From the NCBI GenBank assembly GCA_951406725.2, contig OX597822.1, positions 61,008,001 to 61,072,000 of the forward strand: DNA of 64,000 bases, written 5' to 3'. Positions within the stretch are counted from its first letter, which is position 1. Each line of letters starts with the position of its first letter. The DNA is from Octopus vulgaris (taxonomy: Eukaryota). The notes under the pieces were generated by a model. It saw only the letters and a program-made list of their open reading frames with translations, was not told the DNA's origin and did not search any database. Position numbers and translations under genes: made by a program. Positions 49,601 to 62,145 of this stretch are shown here, in pieces.

Positions 49601-52600
49601 AATCTTAAAAGCCCCTTCCTACCCACATCTTCTGTACATATATGAGATATAGAGATTCAAGTTGAACAATAATTGTAGTAACCTGCTAGGATGATTACCA
49701 CTCAGACTAAATTGAAATAAAACAAAATAGATAAGTGAAGTTAAAATAAAACATGTCATGGTAAAAAAAAAATAGATAAAAGGTTCATTATCATGACTAA
49801 ACATTCATAATATTGCCCTAGTTAGCTGCAGCAGCTGATGTCTAACCAGTTAATTTGTTTGCCTACTTGAAAGAGCTATGTTGTTGGAAGTGAGCTGATT
49901 TTCTCTTTCATCATTAGAGATAAATTCGACTCAATGTTAATATACCTTCCTCCTTCTTTACATTTAAAAATTTTTAGACTTATTTTCCAGCTTAACAATG
50001 ATCATCCTTATTCATTTTCAATGGGCTATGACAAAAGTCAGCATAGAAATATTTTTAGTTCTGTAGCTTTTAATATTACTTAGGCGAGTCTGCAAAGAAA
50101 AATATGAGATCATTAATTATTTCTAACACAGACATAAGGCTGCTGATATTGTAGGAGGGAACTATTGATTTTTATTAATGCCACTAATTACCTGGTACTT
50201 TTATTGGCCTTATAGGAGGGAAAGTAAAAGTTGACCCAGACTAGATTTGAACTCCTAATGAAAGGACTATAACTAAATATCACAAAGCACTTTGTCCAAT
50301 GTCAAATGACTTCAGTCTTTCTGAAATCAATAATAAAATAAATCTTGTTATATTTGTAAATGTGATGTGGATGTTAGAGATGGAGGTGCAAATTTAACTG
50401 TTTTTGTCTGGTGATCAAATACTTTAACTCCTTTACAATTAGTATAAAAGATTCTTTTAAATCGGTTAACTTCAGTGAATTTCCCTTCCTTATTGTATCT
50501 AATTTTAAGTTGTTTATAATTTTGATATTTAGTATTTAAATGCTCTAGAGTTCAAATCCCATTGATGTCAGCTTAGTCTTTCATCCCTCCAAGATTAATG
50601 GAATAAAGTACCAGTAAAGTACTGGAGCTAATGGTATCAACTAACTTCCCCTTCCTCAAAGTTGCAGGCCTTGTACCTACATTAGAAACAGTTATTTAAA
50701 CATACTTTTGATATGAACTTTTAACAACAAAACTTCTAAGAAAATAATAATATATATAAAACTAGAACAGTAGTTATATTCTCTTTACAGTATGCCTTCA
50801 CAAATAAGTAAACTCTATCATTTCGTATTAAAACTATTGATGCTTTAAAATAGTGAATGAATCTCCAAACCTCACTTGATGTGTGTTTGTGTGTACATAC
50901 TAATCTATCTAATGTTTGTATTGGGTTGTCCGGAAAGTTCATGCCAATTTTTAAAGGAAAGAAAGAAGTCAATAAATACTTGCCATTACATTTTTAAACA
51001 ACCAAATATGAACCATTTTGTTGCACAATGCATCTCCATCTTTCCTTTAACTTGAAAATACCCTCTTCCCAGAATTGAGGTGCCCGGGAGGGTAAGTCAA
51101 AAGGTAAGCTACTATAAGTCGGCACAAACTTTCCAGACAACCCAATATATATGTATAATTATAGGGTTGTTCACTTATAAGATTGTTTCTCATTAACTAA
51201 TTTGTATTCTCATTTTATAATTCTAGGCTCAACAAACTGCTTATGCCAGCAATCATGCTATACAATACCCTGCACAGTCTGAACATGGTCACTTGTATCC
51301 AACTCTGGGAGATTATATGGGTCTACCATTGACTCCTGAATTGGTTCAGGATATGGCACCACCAGCAAATACACAAATTGCTTTAAGTCATGGACATAGT
51401 GATCAGATGCAAGTAGCTCCAATAACTGGTGCCAATAAAGGTTTGGTAAGAGCTGAGATAAAACAAGGTATTCGAGAAGTGTTGCTGTGCAAAGACGAAC
51501 ATGGAAAGATTGGATTGCGTCTCCGACATGTGAACAATGTAAGTTGTTTAAGCAAGTGTTGTTTAGTACTTCAGTATCTTGTGTGTTTCTGTGTAATGCA
51601 GTTGATCTCCAACTTAGCTTAATTTCCAAGATTTGATTATACTTTTGAAAAATAATTCTTGTTTATCCTTCATGCTACATGAATAGAAGCTGTTAATTTT
51701 CAATGATTTTTCCTCTTATTTTTTGTGATGTTTACATGTGAATCACTGGAATATAATGTCTTTGAGCAATCTTCTTACATATGTAGAGTTTTGTTGCCCT
51801 GTATAGAGATTAGATGCTTTGAAGTGAGCCATAATTTCAGTATACTTTGTATGCTATATTGCACATTTTGTAATACAATATTTTGTAACATTATGTACAG
51901 TGCAGAATCTTAAATATTTCATTAAGCTTGATGTCCATCTAGTTTTGATGTGTTCATATATGTAACAATGTTTTGTTTGCAGGCATAGTAGAACATCGTC
52001 ATCAATGTGTGGTAAACTAGATTCTTCATAGCTAAATGAAGGTAGTTAGTAATTCAGCATTGGGTTTGAGCTGAGATAGGAAGTTCAGTTCAATTGTTTT
52101 TAGTGTTTATATGTTTCATCTGGATTGGATAAGAGATTGACTTTCAAAATCCTGATGTTCTGATGATTTGGTGTGTTTTAATGTTGAGGATAATGCTCCC
52201 TACCTTTGGATGTGGTGCTCTTCCTTGCCAGAGAACAGTATTTTCATGCCATCTGTCTACTCACTCTTGATCTGTCTTCCTCATTTCACTGATCTACATC
52301 AGATAATAGTCTTTCATCACTCTTAGTGTGTGGACATTCCAGGTGCCCAGGTGCCTACTCTTGTGTTGGCATTGGTGTTGAAGATACAATTTATTGTTGG
52401 TTGGGCTTCCTCGTGGCTTTGATCCAGCTTGATTATAACATCCAAGGATGTATCTTCTCTCCTGCATATATGTACCATAATGGTCACTTTTCATCATTCA
52501 TGTAGCAATATGTGAACTTCAGAAAGTTGAATTTTTAGCCCCATACCCCAACCCATCTTTTGCAACCAGCTTGGAACCATTTTTGATGGAGTTATGACCA

Positions 52601-55600
52601 GCTTAGTCTAACGCCATCACTCAATATTCTACAGAACAATTACTTATAGTTTTAATGACATTCTGGTATGCTTTATCAACCTTACTGTCATTATGTGGAA
52701 AACATTGACCCAACAATTCTATTTGGTTATATTTTATAACTGCTACATTAATTGTATTTAGGCACAACTCATTGCTCAGTTTTCCCACTTAGGTGTCATT
52801 CTTTTTTCATGTTTGAGTGTTGAACATTAGAAGGAGCATTCAGCTATAGAAGTCACAATCTCCAACAGCTCATATTGAACAAAAATTTTAACAAAATCCA
52901 TCCAACCATTCTGTCAGAGGCACATTACCGATAGTTATATTTTAAAATTTATTCACTAAATGACTTTGTATCACATTCAGATATTTTTGATTATGTTTTT
53001 GTCATATCATTTTATATTATTTTCAGGGTGTGTTTGTAGCTTTGGTGCAGAGTGGTTCTCCAGCAGCTATGGCTGGTTTAAGATTTGGAGATCAAATTCT
53101 TCAAATTGACAACCAGTCAGTTGCTGGTTGGGACAACGATAAAGTTCATAAATATTTGAAGTCTGCCAATCCTCAGAAGATTTGTATGGCTGTTAGAGAC
53201 AGGTAAGTTAATAGTATATTATAAGTATTTTGTATTTAAACCAATATACTATACACATTGCCTAAAATGAAATGGGGTTTTTTTGTGTTTTTTTCTTGTA
53301 GGCCATTTGAGAGAACTGTCACCATGCAAAAAGACAGCAGTGGCTATGTTGGTTTTGTTTACAAGGATGGCAAGATTAAGTCTCTGGTGAAAGATTCTTC
53401 TGCTGCTAGAAATGGTCTTCTTACTGACCATCAACTTATTGAAGTGAATGGACAGAATGTTGTTGGGTTAAAGGTTGGATATTCTAAAATATTTTTTTAA
53501 TCATAATTTTGTTAATTGAAGAATAATACAAGATTTCATTAACAGGTCATGGCTCATTTATTTCTCTATGTGCCTTGTTCTGTTTAAAATGAAACATCAA
53601 CCTCAATTCTATTCATCCAAGTTTCAAATATTTCCTTTAACATTTGTACAAAATCATATTGGTAGAAATTTCAATACCTTTTATAATGGAAGAAATAATT
53701 GTAAACAATTCACATATAGTAATATTCTGATACAAATTAAATTTAATACTTACAATAAAAATCTATTATAATTGGAATAGCTAATAGCACCTTATCAAAA
53801 ACAAGGCAAAAAAAATAACTTCTATTGTGAAATTTATCCATTTAATTTTAATAAACTCTGATTCTCATGAAATTCTAATTCATCAGTAAATATGACATTT
53901 CCATTATATTATGGAATAGATTTATTTTTATGATGCAAGACAGTTGATAAATGTTCCTTACATATTGTATGTTTTCTCCTGTAGTGTTCTATCACTACAA
54001 CAGCTATGATTTTTCTCTGTTAATAGCATTCCTTTCATTTTTTTGTCAGCCTCTATCCTTACCTGACTCTCTCAAATCAACATTTGCTTATTCTTGGCCT
54101 GCTTCTGACTCTCTTATCTCTTATCTAACTTTAAGAATTTGTTCACAAAGATTTCCATCTTTCTCACTGCATAATAATTCCATTTAAGTAGTAGAAATTG
54201 TAGCCAAATCAATACTATTTGAAGGCAATGTTCCAGTTTGACATCAGCTATGATGCCTGCAATAAATTAAATAACTATATATAATGATTTGATTTTTGAT
54301 TAGTTATAATAATTTCTAAGAAATCTTTTAGCTGTTAGTTAATTTGCCAAAAGTCCTGTTTTGAAAATCATGTGATAGTTTTACTTTTTAAAGTTTACGT
54401 AACTGCATAAAGTTGTTTAGTCAGGCAGCAGCTGTGAGGAAATACATTCCATTCAAAGGTGTGACTACAGCTAAATTCTGAAATAAATTGTCTTTGTTAT
54501 TGTTTCTTACACTTTCCTCATGAGAATTTTCACAGCCAAGCTTCTGTTTGCTTTGTACAAAAATACTGACACCTCCGTGAGTAATTTACTATACATAGCA
54601 CTTTTAATCTCATTTTGACCAGGTAGACCAGCGGAGTAGATATGAATAGTTAAACAATAAAGGTCTGATCGTTTACAGTAAAGAAGGAGAGGGGTAAATA
54701 GATAACAAAGAAACAAAAATAAAAGAAAAATACTACTGTATGTTTTGGTTATAATAGCAGTAGATAAATAGCACTTATTTGAAGTGTGCTAGAATATGTG
54801 TGAAAATGTCAGATCGAAAGCTTTGACAGTATTTATTTGACAGAGCACTACTGAGTTAATAGAACTTCCAATAAATGTCTGTATAGGGCGGTGAGCTAGC
54901 CGAATCATTAGTATACCAGGCAAAATGTTTAGTGGTATTTCGTCTGCGTTACGCTCTGAGTTCAAATTCCGCTGAGGTTGACTTTGCCTTTCATCCTTTC
55001 AGGGTCGATTAAATAAGTACCAGTTACACACTGGGGTCAATGTAATTGACTTAATCCTTTTGTCCTTGTTTGTCCCCTCTATTTAGCCCACTGTGGGCAA
55101 TAAAGAAATAAATAAATGTCTGTATATCTAATCTTAGCATGTTCAAGCAATTTTGCTTTTATCAGTTGTTTTCCTGTGGTCATGCTGGGGCACTATCATC
55201 ATTCAACATCTATTTTCCATGCTGGCATAGGTTGGATGGCTTGGTATATGTGTGTGTGTGTATGTATATATATATATATATATATACACACACTTTTGCC
55301 TCTTAAAATGTCTACTGAAGCGGAAAACTTTGACTTCATTAAAAAAATTTTTTTATGAAGTGATTAAACGAGTAAAATATTGAACAAGTTGCTAACAGGC
55401 TATAAATCCAATCTTTGCCACAGGCATTTGTATTTCTTTTACCACACCTTTTGTTTTTTAAAGCCATACCTGTCTTAAAAATATGTAACCCTTCCATTTT
55501 AAGATTGGACTAATAACAGATCAAAGATTATAGTTTATTAATTCAATTGTAAAACCTGATTTAACAATCTGTGTGTTTATCAAGGCTGGTCAGTATGAAA

Positions 55601-56026
55601 AATAACATTAAAAAAAAAAAAATCTGTTTAAATAGAAATGATTTCCAAGAAACATTTAAGCATTAATTTTATGTTTGAAAGTCATCATCATAAGCTTCCA
55701 GGACTCCAGTTACATTTAAATCTAGCTTCTCCAGATTATTTATTGACAATATTAAGGATGAGAGGACTCTCTTATTTTGAGTAGCTAATATAATTCCTGC
55801 TTAGTATATCATCATCATCATTTAATATCTGTTTTAACATGCTGGCATGGGTTGAACAGTTTGATTGAGAACTGGCAAGCCAGTAGGCTGTACCAGGCTC
55901 CAATCTGATCTGGCAAGGTTTCTACAGCTGGATGCTCTTCCTAATGCCAACCACTCTGAGAGTGTAGTAGGTGCTTTTTTACATGCTACCAGCATGGGAG
56001 CCAGTCAGGTAGCACTGGCATCATAT

Positions 56027-56064
<38 letters not shown>

Positions 56065-59000
56065 ACTGAAATAATGCTGTGAGTGGCTATTATTGCTGGA
56101 ACATTTGTTGATGGTTGCTTCTGACAGGATCCTTTGGAGGGTGTGTATGAGGACTCTTTCTCCACCATTCTCACAGGAATAGTAGAATAGTAGGTTATGA
56201 AGGCAGCGAGCTGGCAGAAATGTTAGCACGTCAGGCGAAATGCTTAGTGGTATATCATCTATCTTTATGTTCTGAGTTCAAACCCCGCTAAGGTCGACTT
56301 CGCCTTTCATCCTTTCAGGGTCAATAAATTAAGTACCAGTTGTGTACTGGGGTTGATCTCCCCCAAAATTTCAGGCCTTGTGCCTCGAGTAGAAAAGAGT
56401 ATAGTAGCCTATGAAGATAAATGGATATTTGTTTGTTGGTCATTTCACCATCAAGCTGATTTTGTGAATTACAGACTCTTATGTATAATCATTGATGTCA
56501 TTATTAGCAGGAGCCTATGTGTAAACTATAATATAATGCATTTTGCATTAAAATTTCCAATTTTGCGGGTATTGATTTGACTACTTAATGCACTGAAACT
56601 AATTAAATTAGGTTAAGAATTTCTATGAAGGATTATTTTGTAAAAGCATTCTCTTTCTTAGAACAAGATATTAAATTCGGATTTGGGTTTTTTTAATGTT
56701 TAATCTTCATATAGATAACGTTTCTATCCTAAATTGCGTATGGTTAAATTTTTCAGTCTTTTGCCATATAATTCTTATTCCATTTAATGTAATCTTTCAT
56801 ATTATGACCATGAGGTTTTAAGTTTGGTCTCACTGCATATTACTTTGAGCAAGTGTCTTCTACAGCAACTTAAGTTGATCACTGTTTTGTGGATGGAAAC
56901 TGTACAGAAGCCTGTCACATGTTTATATTTTAAGCCTTTGCATTGACACCATTTTGGCAGTGGTGATATTGTTTCCTATAACCAAAATGTCTGGCACTGG
57001 TTTGATATGTGAAGAGGTGGAACGAAGTTCCAAATTTGAAAAACAACGGTTAGCATCAGATCATAGAATACTGTCTCAAGAAGCCTCATCTAACCCATGC
57101 CAATATAGAAAAAGCTGTCAGAAGACCAGAATGCAGTAAACAACTGGGGGTCAATGTAATTGATAGGCAGTGTCCCAGCATGTAAAAAAAAAAAAAAAAT
57201 CTTATTCACACTAGGGTTTTTATTGGAAAAATTGTTTTCATAACTGGATGTCATTTTTATCGCTTACTATATTCAGTGATGATGTAGGAAGGTCTTTTTT
57301 TTTTTCTGTTTATTGTCAGTTTGGTTGTTGTCATGTGGTCAGTAGCTCAACTCCTCAATTATTGCACTTAGATATGTGTGTAGCAGTAGCTTATATAGAT
57401 GATTGTAATCCTTTTAACTAAGAAATTCATAAAAGAATAAATTCTTGTAAAATAAGATCATGTCTTTAATCACACCCATACAATCACATATACGTATGTA
57501 TGTAATTTAAGACATTATTTTATAGTAATTATACATGCAAGATTAAAAATTCTATCTTATTTTACAGACTCTGTGTGTGTGCGTTATTTTTGGTTGTAAA
57601 CTTTATAGAACATTGTTGTTTAATTACAGGACGCTGACATAGGAGCTATTATTGATGCTGGTGGTCGAACTATTACAGTTACTGTGATGCCTAGTGTCAT
57701 CTATGAGCATGTTGTTAAATGGTGAGTATACAATTTCCTTTGCTTTCTGACAATTTTATGTTAAGTTTATTTCTAAAATAATTATTCAGTGTGTTGTTGC
57801 CAATTTCAGATATTCATTGTATTACTAGTGTATGTCACTTATCCACTGCAAAACAGTGCAGTTATAATAGCCAAAAGTTTTAGTGTCATAGACATAGTGT
57901 AATATATTGTGCAAAAATATGTCAATGATCTTCTGTACCCAGATGTATGTAGGTGCTATTGGGAGTAGAATTCACTAGCATAAGCAGTAGGAGTACTGTA
58001 TAATTGTTGATTTTGTTAGCTTGTTTTGCTGAACCTAAATCATTCCTCAAGTATAGATTAGAGTGGATTGAGCTCCTTCTGTGAAAACAAGTCTTTAATT
58101 GTTTGGCTACAAACTATAGGCTTTTAAAATAATTTTATACTTTTAACACTATTTGCCATGAAAGTTTAGTTAATCTAACCTTGTCTGTGTTTAAATTGTC
58201 TTTTAACATGGAATGTTGTGTGTTGCCTCAGACAAAAAAAAATGTTTGGAAATATTGTCTCCTTGTCTCTGGTCATGTTTGTATTTCTTCTGATGTCTGT
58301 TGCTATTGTGTGTCATTTTTATGTGACAGACAAGCAAGTCATGAATTATTTTAAATATTCCTTTTTAAAATCCTTCCTATGCTGTAAATATAAGTTGTTA
58401 AATTACTGATGTTTTGCTTGTAATAAGCTAAAAAATCACCAAAAACTGACCATTTATGCAGCAAGGATTTAAGCTATTTGTTGGAGAGGACTTTTTTCTA
58501 ATTTGTTTTTAAAATATATTATAATTGTCCTTTCATCTGATCAATTAATCATTCAGTCCAATAGAATTTATAGTGATTTTACAACAAGCCTTTCTTTGTA
58601 TTGTATTGCAAGTTACAATAATTTATGCAAGCATGTTCAACAAACAAATGTCATAAAATATGTATACAGTGTAATAGTTGCAATAGAAAATAACCAATTT
58701 CAAGAGATAAACCTAGCATGATACTCTTGCATTGATGATATATATAATAGTAATAAAACTATTGCAGTAGTTTTGAATTTATAATTTGTTAGGTAGTTGC
58801 CCGATATCATTCACTTTCATGTCTATGATAATACTGGCACTCTATTTTATATGAGTGTAATGGTAGTGTATAGTAGTGATGTGAGCATATAATTCTAGCA
58901 TATAACAATAAGGTATGTAAGGCAGTGCATAGTGATAAAGATATATAATGATAGCATATGGCTTTATGGATTATAATGGTGTTTAGCAATAACATGTAAT

Positions 59001-59309
59001 AGAAAGTAGTGTGTGGCAGAGTATGAAGGGTGTAGGAGAAAATACTTTGTGTTATTTGATCATGTCTCTTTACAAACCTACCGGAGTCTACTTTCCCTTT
59101 CATTCTTTATTGGGTTGATAGAATAAATTCTTATGGTAATACTATAGAAAATAGTGCTCCAACATAGTCACAGTCCAATGTCTGAAACCAGTAAAAGTGT
59201 AAAGAGATTAAATGTAAACTTCTATTTATTCTGTTTAATTTGTTTCTTCTACAGCATGGGTAACAGTTTGATGAAGAAATTAATGGATCATTCAATTCCT
59301 GACCTGTGA
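43622..59309 (+). CDS. SDCBP: Syntenin (syndecan-binding protein, tandem PDZ), spliced CDS 858 nt / 285 aa: join(43622..43672,51227..51538,53027..53202,53302..53473,57630..57721,59255..59309)
   Basis: All introns GT-AG with consistent phases (0,0,2,0,2). Protein starts [13 protein letters not shown], contains [11 protein letters not shown] and two PDZ domains, and ends LMDHSIPDL*. Confidence 0.97.
43854..43931. repeat. 34-bp tandem repeat (2.3 copies)
   Basis: atgattggctctgttaatcycaatatggggatta repeated. Confidence 0.9.
46059..46895 (+). mobile_element. Head-to-tail cluster of four SINE family B copies separated by (TTA)n
   Basis: gttcaaat..tttcatcctt..ggtc.at..aagtaccag..ggccttgt motif four times (about 46059, 46237, 46463, 46710). 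Confidence 0.85.
50919..51147. mobile_element. Mariner-type MITE 80 bp upstream of a syntenin exon
   Basis: TA-ttgggttgtccggaaagttcatgcc and ggcacaaactttccagacaacccaa-TA. Confidence 0.88.
51227..51538 (+). CDS. SDCBP: Syntenin coding exon 2 (N-terminal domain and start of PDZ1)
   Basis: ttctag|GCT; [47 protein letters not shown]|gtaagt. Confidence 0.97.
52260..52600 (-). mobile_element. Relic of a LINE 5' end (AP endonuclease start)
   Basis: [10 protein letters not shown] in ORF 52294..52497 resembles the GTWNVRTL endonuclease motif I. Confidence 0.55.
53027..53202 (+). CDS. SDCBP: Syntenin coding exon 3 (PDZ1)
   Basis: tttcag|[33 protein letters not shown]|gtaagt. Confidence 0.97.
53302..53473 (+). 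CDS. SDCBP: Syntenin coding exon 4 (PDZ2)
   Basis: ttgtag|[57 protein letters not shown]|gttgga. Confidence 0.97.
54886..55110 (+). mobile_element. Full-length SINE family B with Tx1-like tail and perfect 16-bp TSD
   Basis: TSD aataaatgtctgtata at 54870-85 and 55111-26; head gggcggtgagctagccgaatc, B box gagttcaaattcc; tail gtcccctctatttagcccactgtgggcaataaagaaata. Confidence 0.92.
56200..56398 (+). mobile_element. SINE family B (agtagaaaag-type tail)
   Basis: aaggcagcgagctggcagaaatgttagc..gagttcaaacccc..ggccttgtgcctcgagtagaaaag. Confidence 0.88.
57630..57721 (+). CDS. SDCBP: Syntenin coding exon 5 (end of PDZ2)
   Basis: ttacag|[30 protein letters not shown]|gtgagt. Confidence 0.95.
59255..59309 (+). 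CDS. SDCBP: Syntenin last coding exon
   Basis: ctacag|(C)[17 protein letters not shown]. Confidence 0.95.
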
Positions 59310-60103
59310 AGTCCAGCCTCTATCTAATGCTCAAATAATCAGCTGTCAATGGTTACATTAACAAAACTTGTGAGACCTACTGTTAATTCAGTTTTAGGTT
59401 GCACATTATACCATTAAACACTGAATGCTTTGACGTATGCTATGAAAAATGTGTGTATGAGTGTGTCCATGATGAAGAATGGCTGTGTTGAGTGTTTCTG
59501 ATAGCTGCTTGTCTTCAACAATATATCAATCGAAAAATAATATAATTACACTATAACACCACTTAAACATTTGAGCCAATTTATAACAATTTGGCTAATG
59601 AATCATTCTGGTCAATTAGCAAAGTTGTTTGTTTTTCTTTTTAACTTAGAAATTTGTTATGGAGGGTGCATATGATTATTATCATAATTATCATTATTTT
59701 TTTTTGTCTACTTTTTTTCTTTTAGATTGCCAAAGATTTTAGATTTTACAGAATTTATTTCAATTACCTCTACAATTTGTCTATTAAAGACTGACCACTT
59801 CATCAAAATAACCTAAATAATAATAATCATATTTAGTTCAAATATATAAAACAATTCGTTTGAAAGAAATTTGAAAATCAGTTTTAGATACAATATTTTG
59901 TCTAGTATTATATTTATGTAATCTTATCTATATGCATCCTTTATATGTATTTCTCTGTATGTGCATATGCATACATATATTAAAACTGTATGGAATAGGT
60001 GTGCATATATATCTAATATACACACATACTCATACACACATATATACATATACATGCAAGTGATAAATTTTTTTTAAATATATATTTACTCAAAACTATT
60101 TTC

Positions 60104-60280
60104 AATAAATATTTTGTACCATCTATGAATTAGTTGTTGCTTTTTTTTCCTCTAAATAAATAGTTTATCAAGTGTTTGCCTCATAACAAAAACGCCATGT
60201 AATTTGGTAGTAATGCTAAATTTTATCCTGATATTGTATACAACTCACTGAAACTTTCCTGTATATAGACTTTGAATAAA
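60104..60280 (+). terminator. Candidate polyadenylation signals of the syntenin 3' UTR
   Basis: AATAAA at 60104, 60155 and 60275 with T/GT-rich downstream sequence; which one is used cannot be determined. Confidence 0.4.
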
Positions 60281-61719
60281 TGTATTATTACCAAATGGAA
60301 CATGATTTGAATCTGTTTTTAATTCTTTAAAAATATTAGTGCACATGTCTGCATAAAAGTTGCCAGTTTTGTGAAGAAGTCAATGGCTCAAGAATCTCAA
60401 TGTTCTTAAGTTGGTTATCAAAGAAATGAGTTTCAAAATGACATTTGACTTCACAGTTCTGGTTGCATGTACATACTTCTTATACTTCATATGTATATCG
60501 TTCATGTAAGATATAGTTTTCCCTTTTAAACATGTTATTTAATCCTTTCAGTGTTAACCTTCCCAAAACTTTCTGATTCTAAGATAAAACTTGGTTTTAA
60601 AGTGTGTGTTTAAATTAAAACCTTCCATCATAACTATATATAAAAACCTTATTAACACCAGCTTAATAATGATAGCTTCTTGTGCTAAAATTCCTCAATG
60701 CTTATCTTTAAAATTAAATAAAGCACAGATCAAGTTCATAACAAATATAACCATGAAAGGATTGGTAGACAGTCTGGCACTATGTTCCTGTTTTAACTTC
60801 TTTGAAAGAATTTTCTTATTTCCCTTTAATAGTCTTTTATCTTCAACTGAGAAAAATAAACTTACAAAATCTAGCAATATGACTGTTCTGATGTTACCTT
60901 CTGAATGCAATTAGTAGTGCCAGTTATTGTTTAATTATTTTAAAATTTTAGGTTGAATGTTGCTTATTTTTCATTTGTTATCAATGGACTTTAGCCTTTG
61001 TAATTATTGATATAGTCTGTCCTACTAACAAACAAATATCTTGCCACCAATAAACTATTTCCTGATCATTGGATATATCATCAACAATAAAGTTTCAAAT
61101 TCAGTGATAACAAATGACAAGTGGTAGTGTTCACATTAATCTTATCTAAAAGAAAAGAAAAAAAAAATACCTGTGCATAATAGAGAAAATAGTTTAATAT
61201 AAGGGTTCCCAAGCTAAGTGTCTGTCAGGGTCAACTTTGCCTTTTGTGGGTTTTTTTTCTGTTGATAAAGGAAGTAACAATCATCAATATTGTTCATACA
61301 ATATAAGAAGGATCAATATAAATTCTTCTTTTCCACTAATTTGTAGCCTTGTGCATTTGCTAGAAATTATTTTTATCTAAAATTGATTTCAAATAGACAA
61401 CAGCTGCCACTGCAAACATCTCTTATTCAAGATAAGACAAATGTTGTCTTGGAAATATAAAGAAGAAACTGTTTAAACTGGAGCTGGTCACACATGCACA
61501 TTCACTTGTTTAATCCAAGTCCTATGATCAAAGACATTCCAGTTGTACCATCTCAATTTTTATTTGCGTGCAGTATACCTAAGACTGCATAGAACTGGTT
61601 GTCATTCTTTGTGATTTCAAGGTGTACTGAAGAACAAATTAAAAATTGCTGGTGCACTTTGTATGGAAAATATTTTTTTAAATGCTTTAAAGTTAAAAAC
61701 TAAAAAGTATTGATCACCT

Positions 61720-62115
61720 CATCATTCGTTTTTAATGTCCACTTCTTCTTGCTTGCAAGAGTTGGACAGAATTAATTGAAGCAGATTTTCTATGGCCAGC
61801 TGTCCTTTCTGTCACCAACTCTTATGTTTCCAAGCAAGGTAATATTTCCCCATGACCAGTTATGTTTTCACAGAGTATTGGAAACGAATGACACCACTTG
61901 TATGATAGTGACTCATAACTATTGTGCAATGTGAAGTCAAGGACATGCAAATACAAGAGGTTTCTTTCAGTTCCCATCCACTAGATCTACTCACAAAGCT
62001 TGATTGGCCCAGGGGTTTTAGTAGAAGACTCTTGCCCAAGGTGCTACACAGTGGGACTGAATCCAAAACTATGTGGCTGGAAAGAAAACTTACTTAACCA
62101 TAAAGCCATGCCTGC
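61720..62115 (-). mobile_element. Degenerate tRNA-head SINE with RTE-type tail
   Basis: Head 61960-62115 (cagtccca, caagagtcttcta); body related to 19840-20060 and 56810-57130. Confidence 0.65.
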
Positions 62116-62145
62116 ACCCCATAATTATACTTACCATCAACATTA

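Noticed and set aside
51258-51629. 123-aa minus-strand ORF over a syntenin exon
   Set aside because: Antisense shadow of the coding exon.
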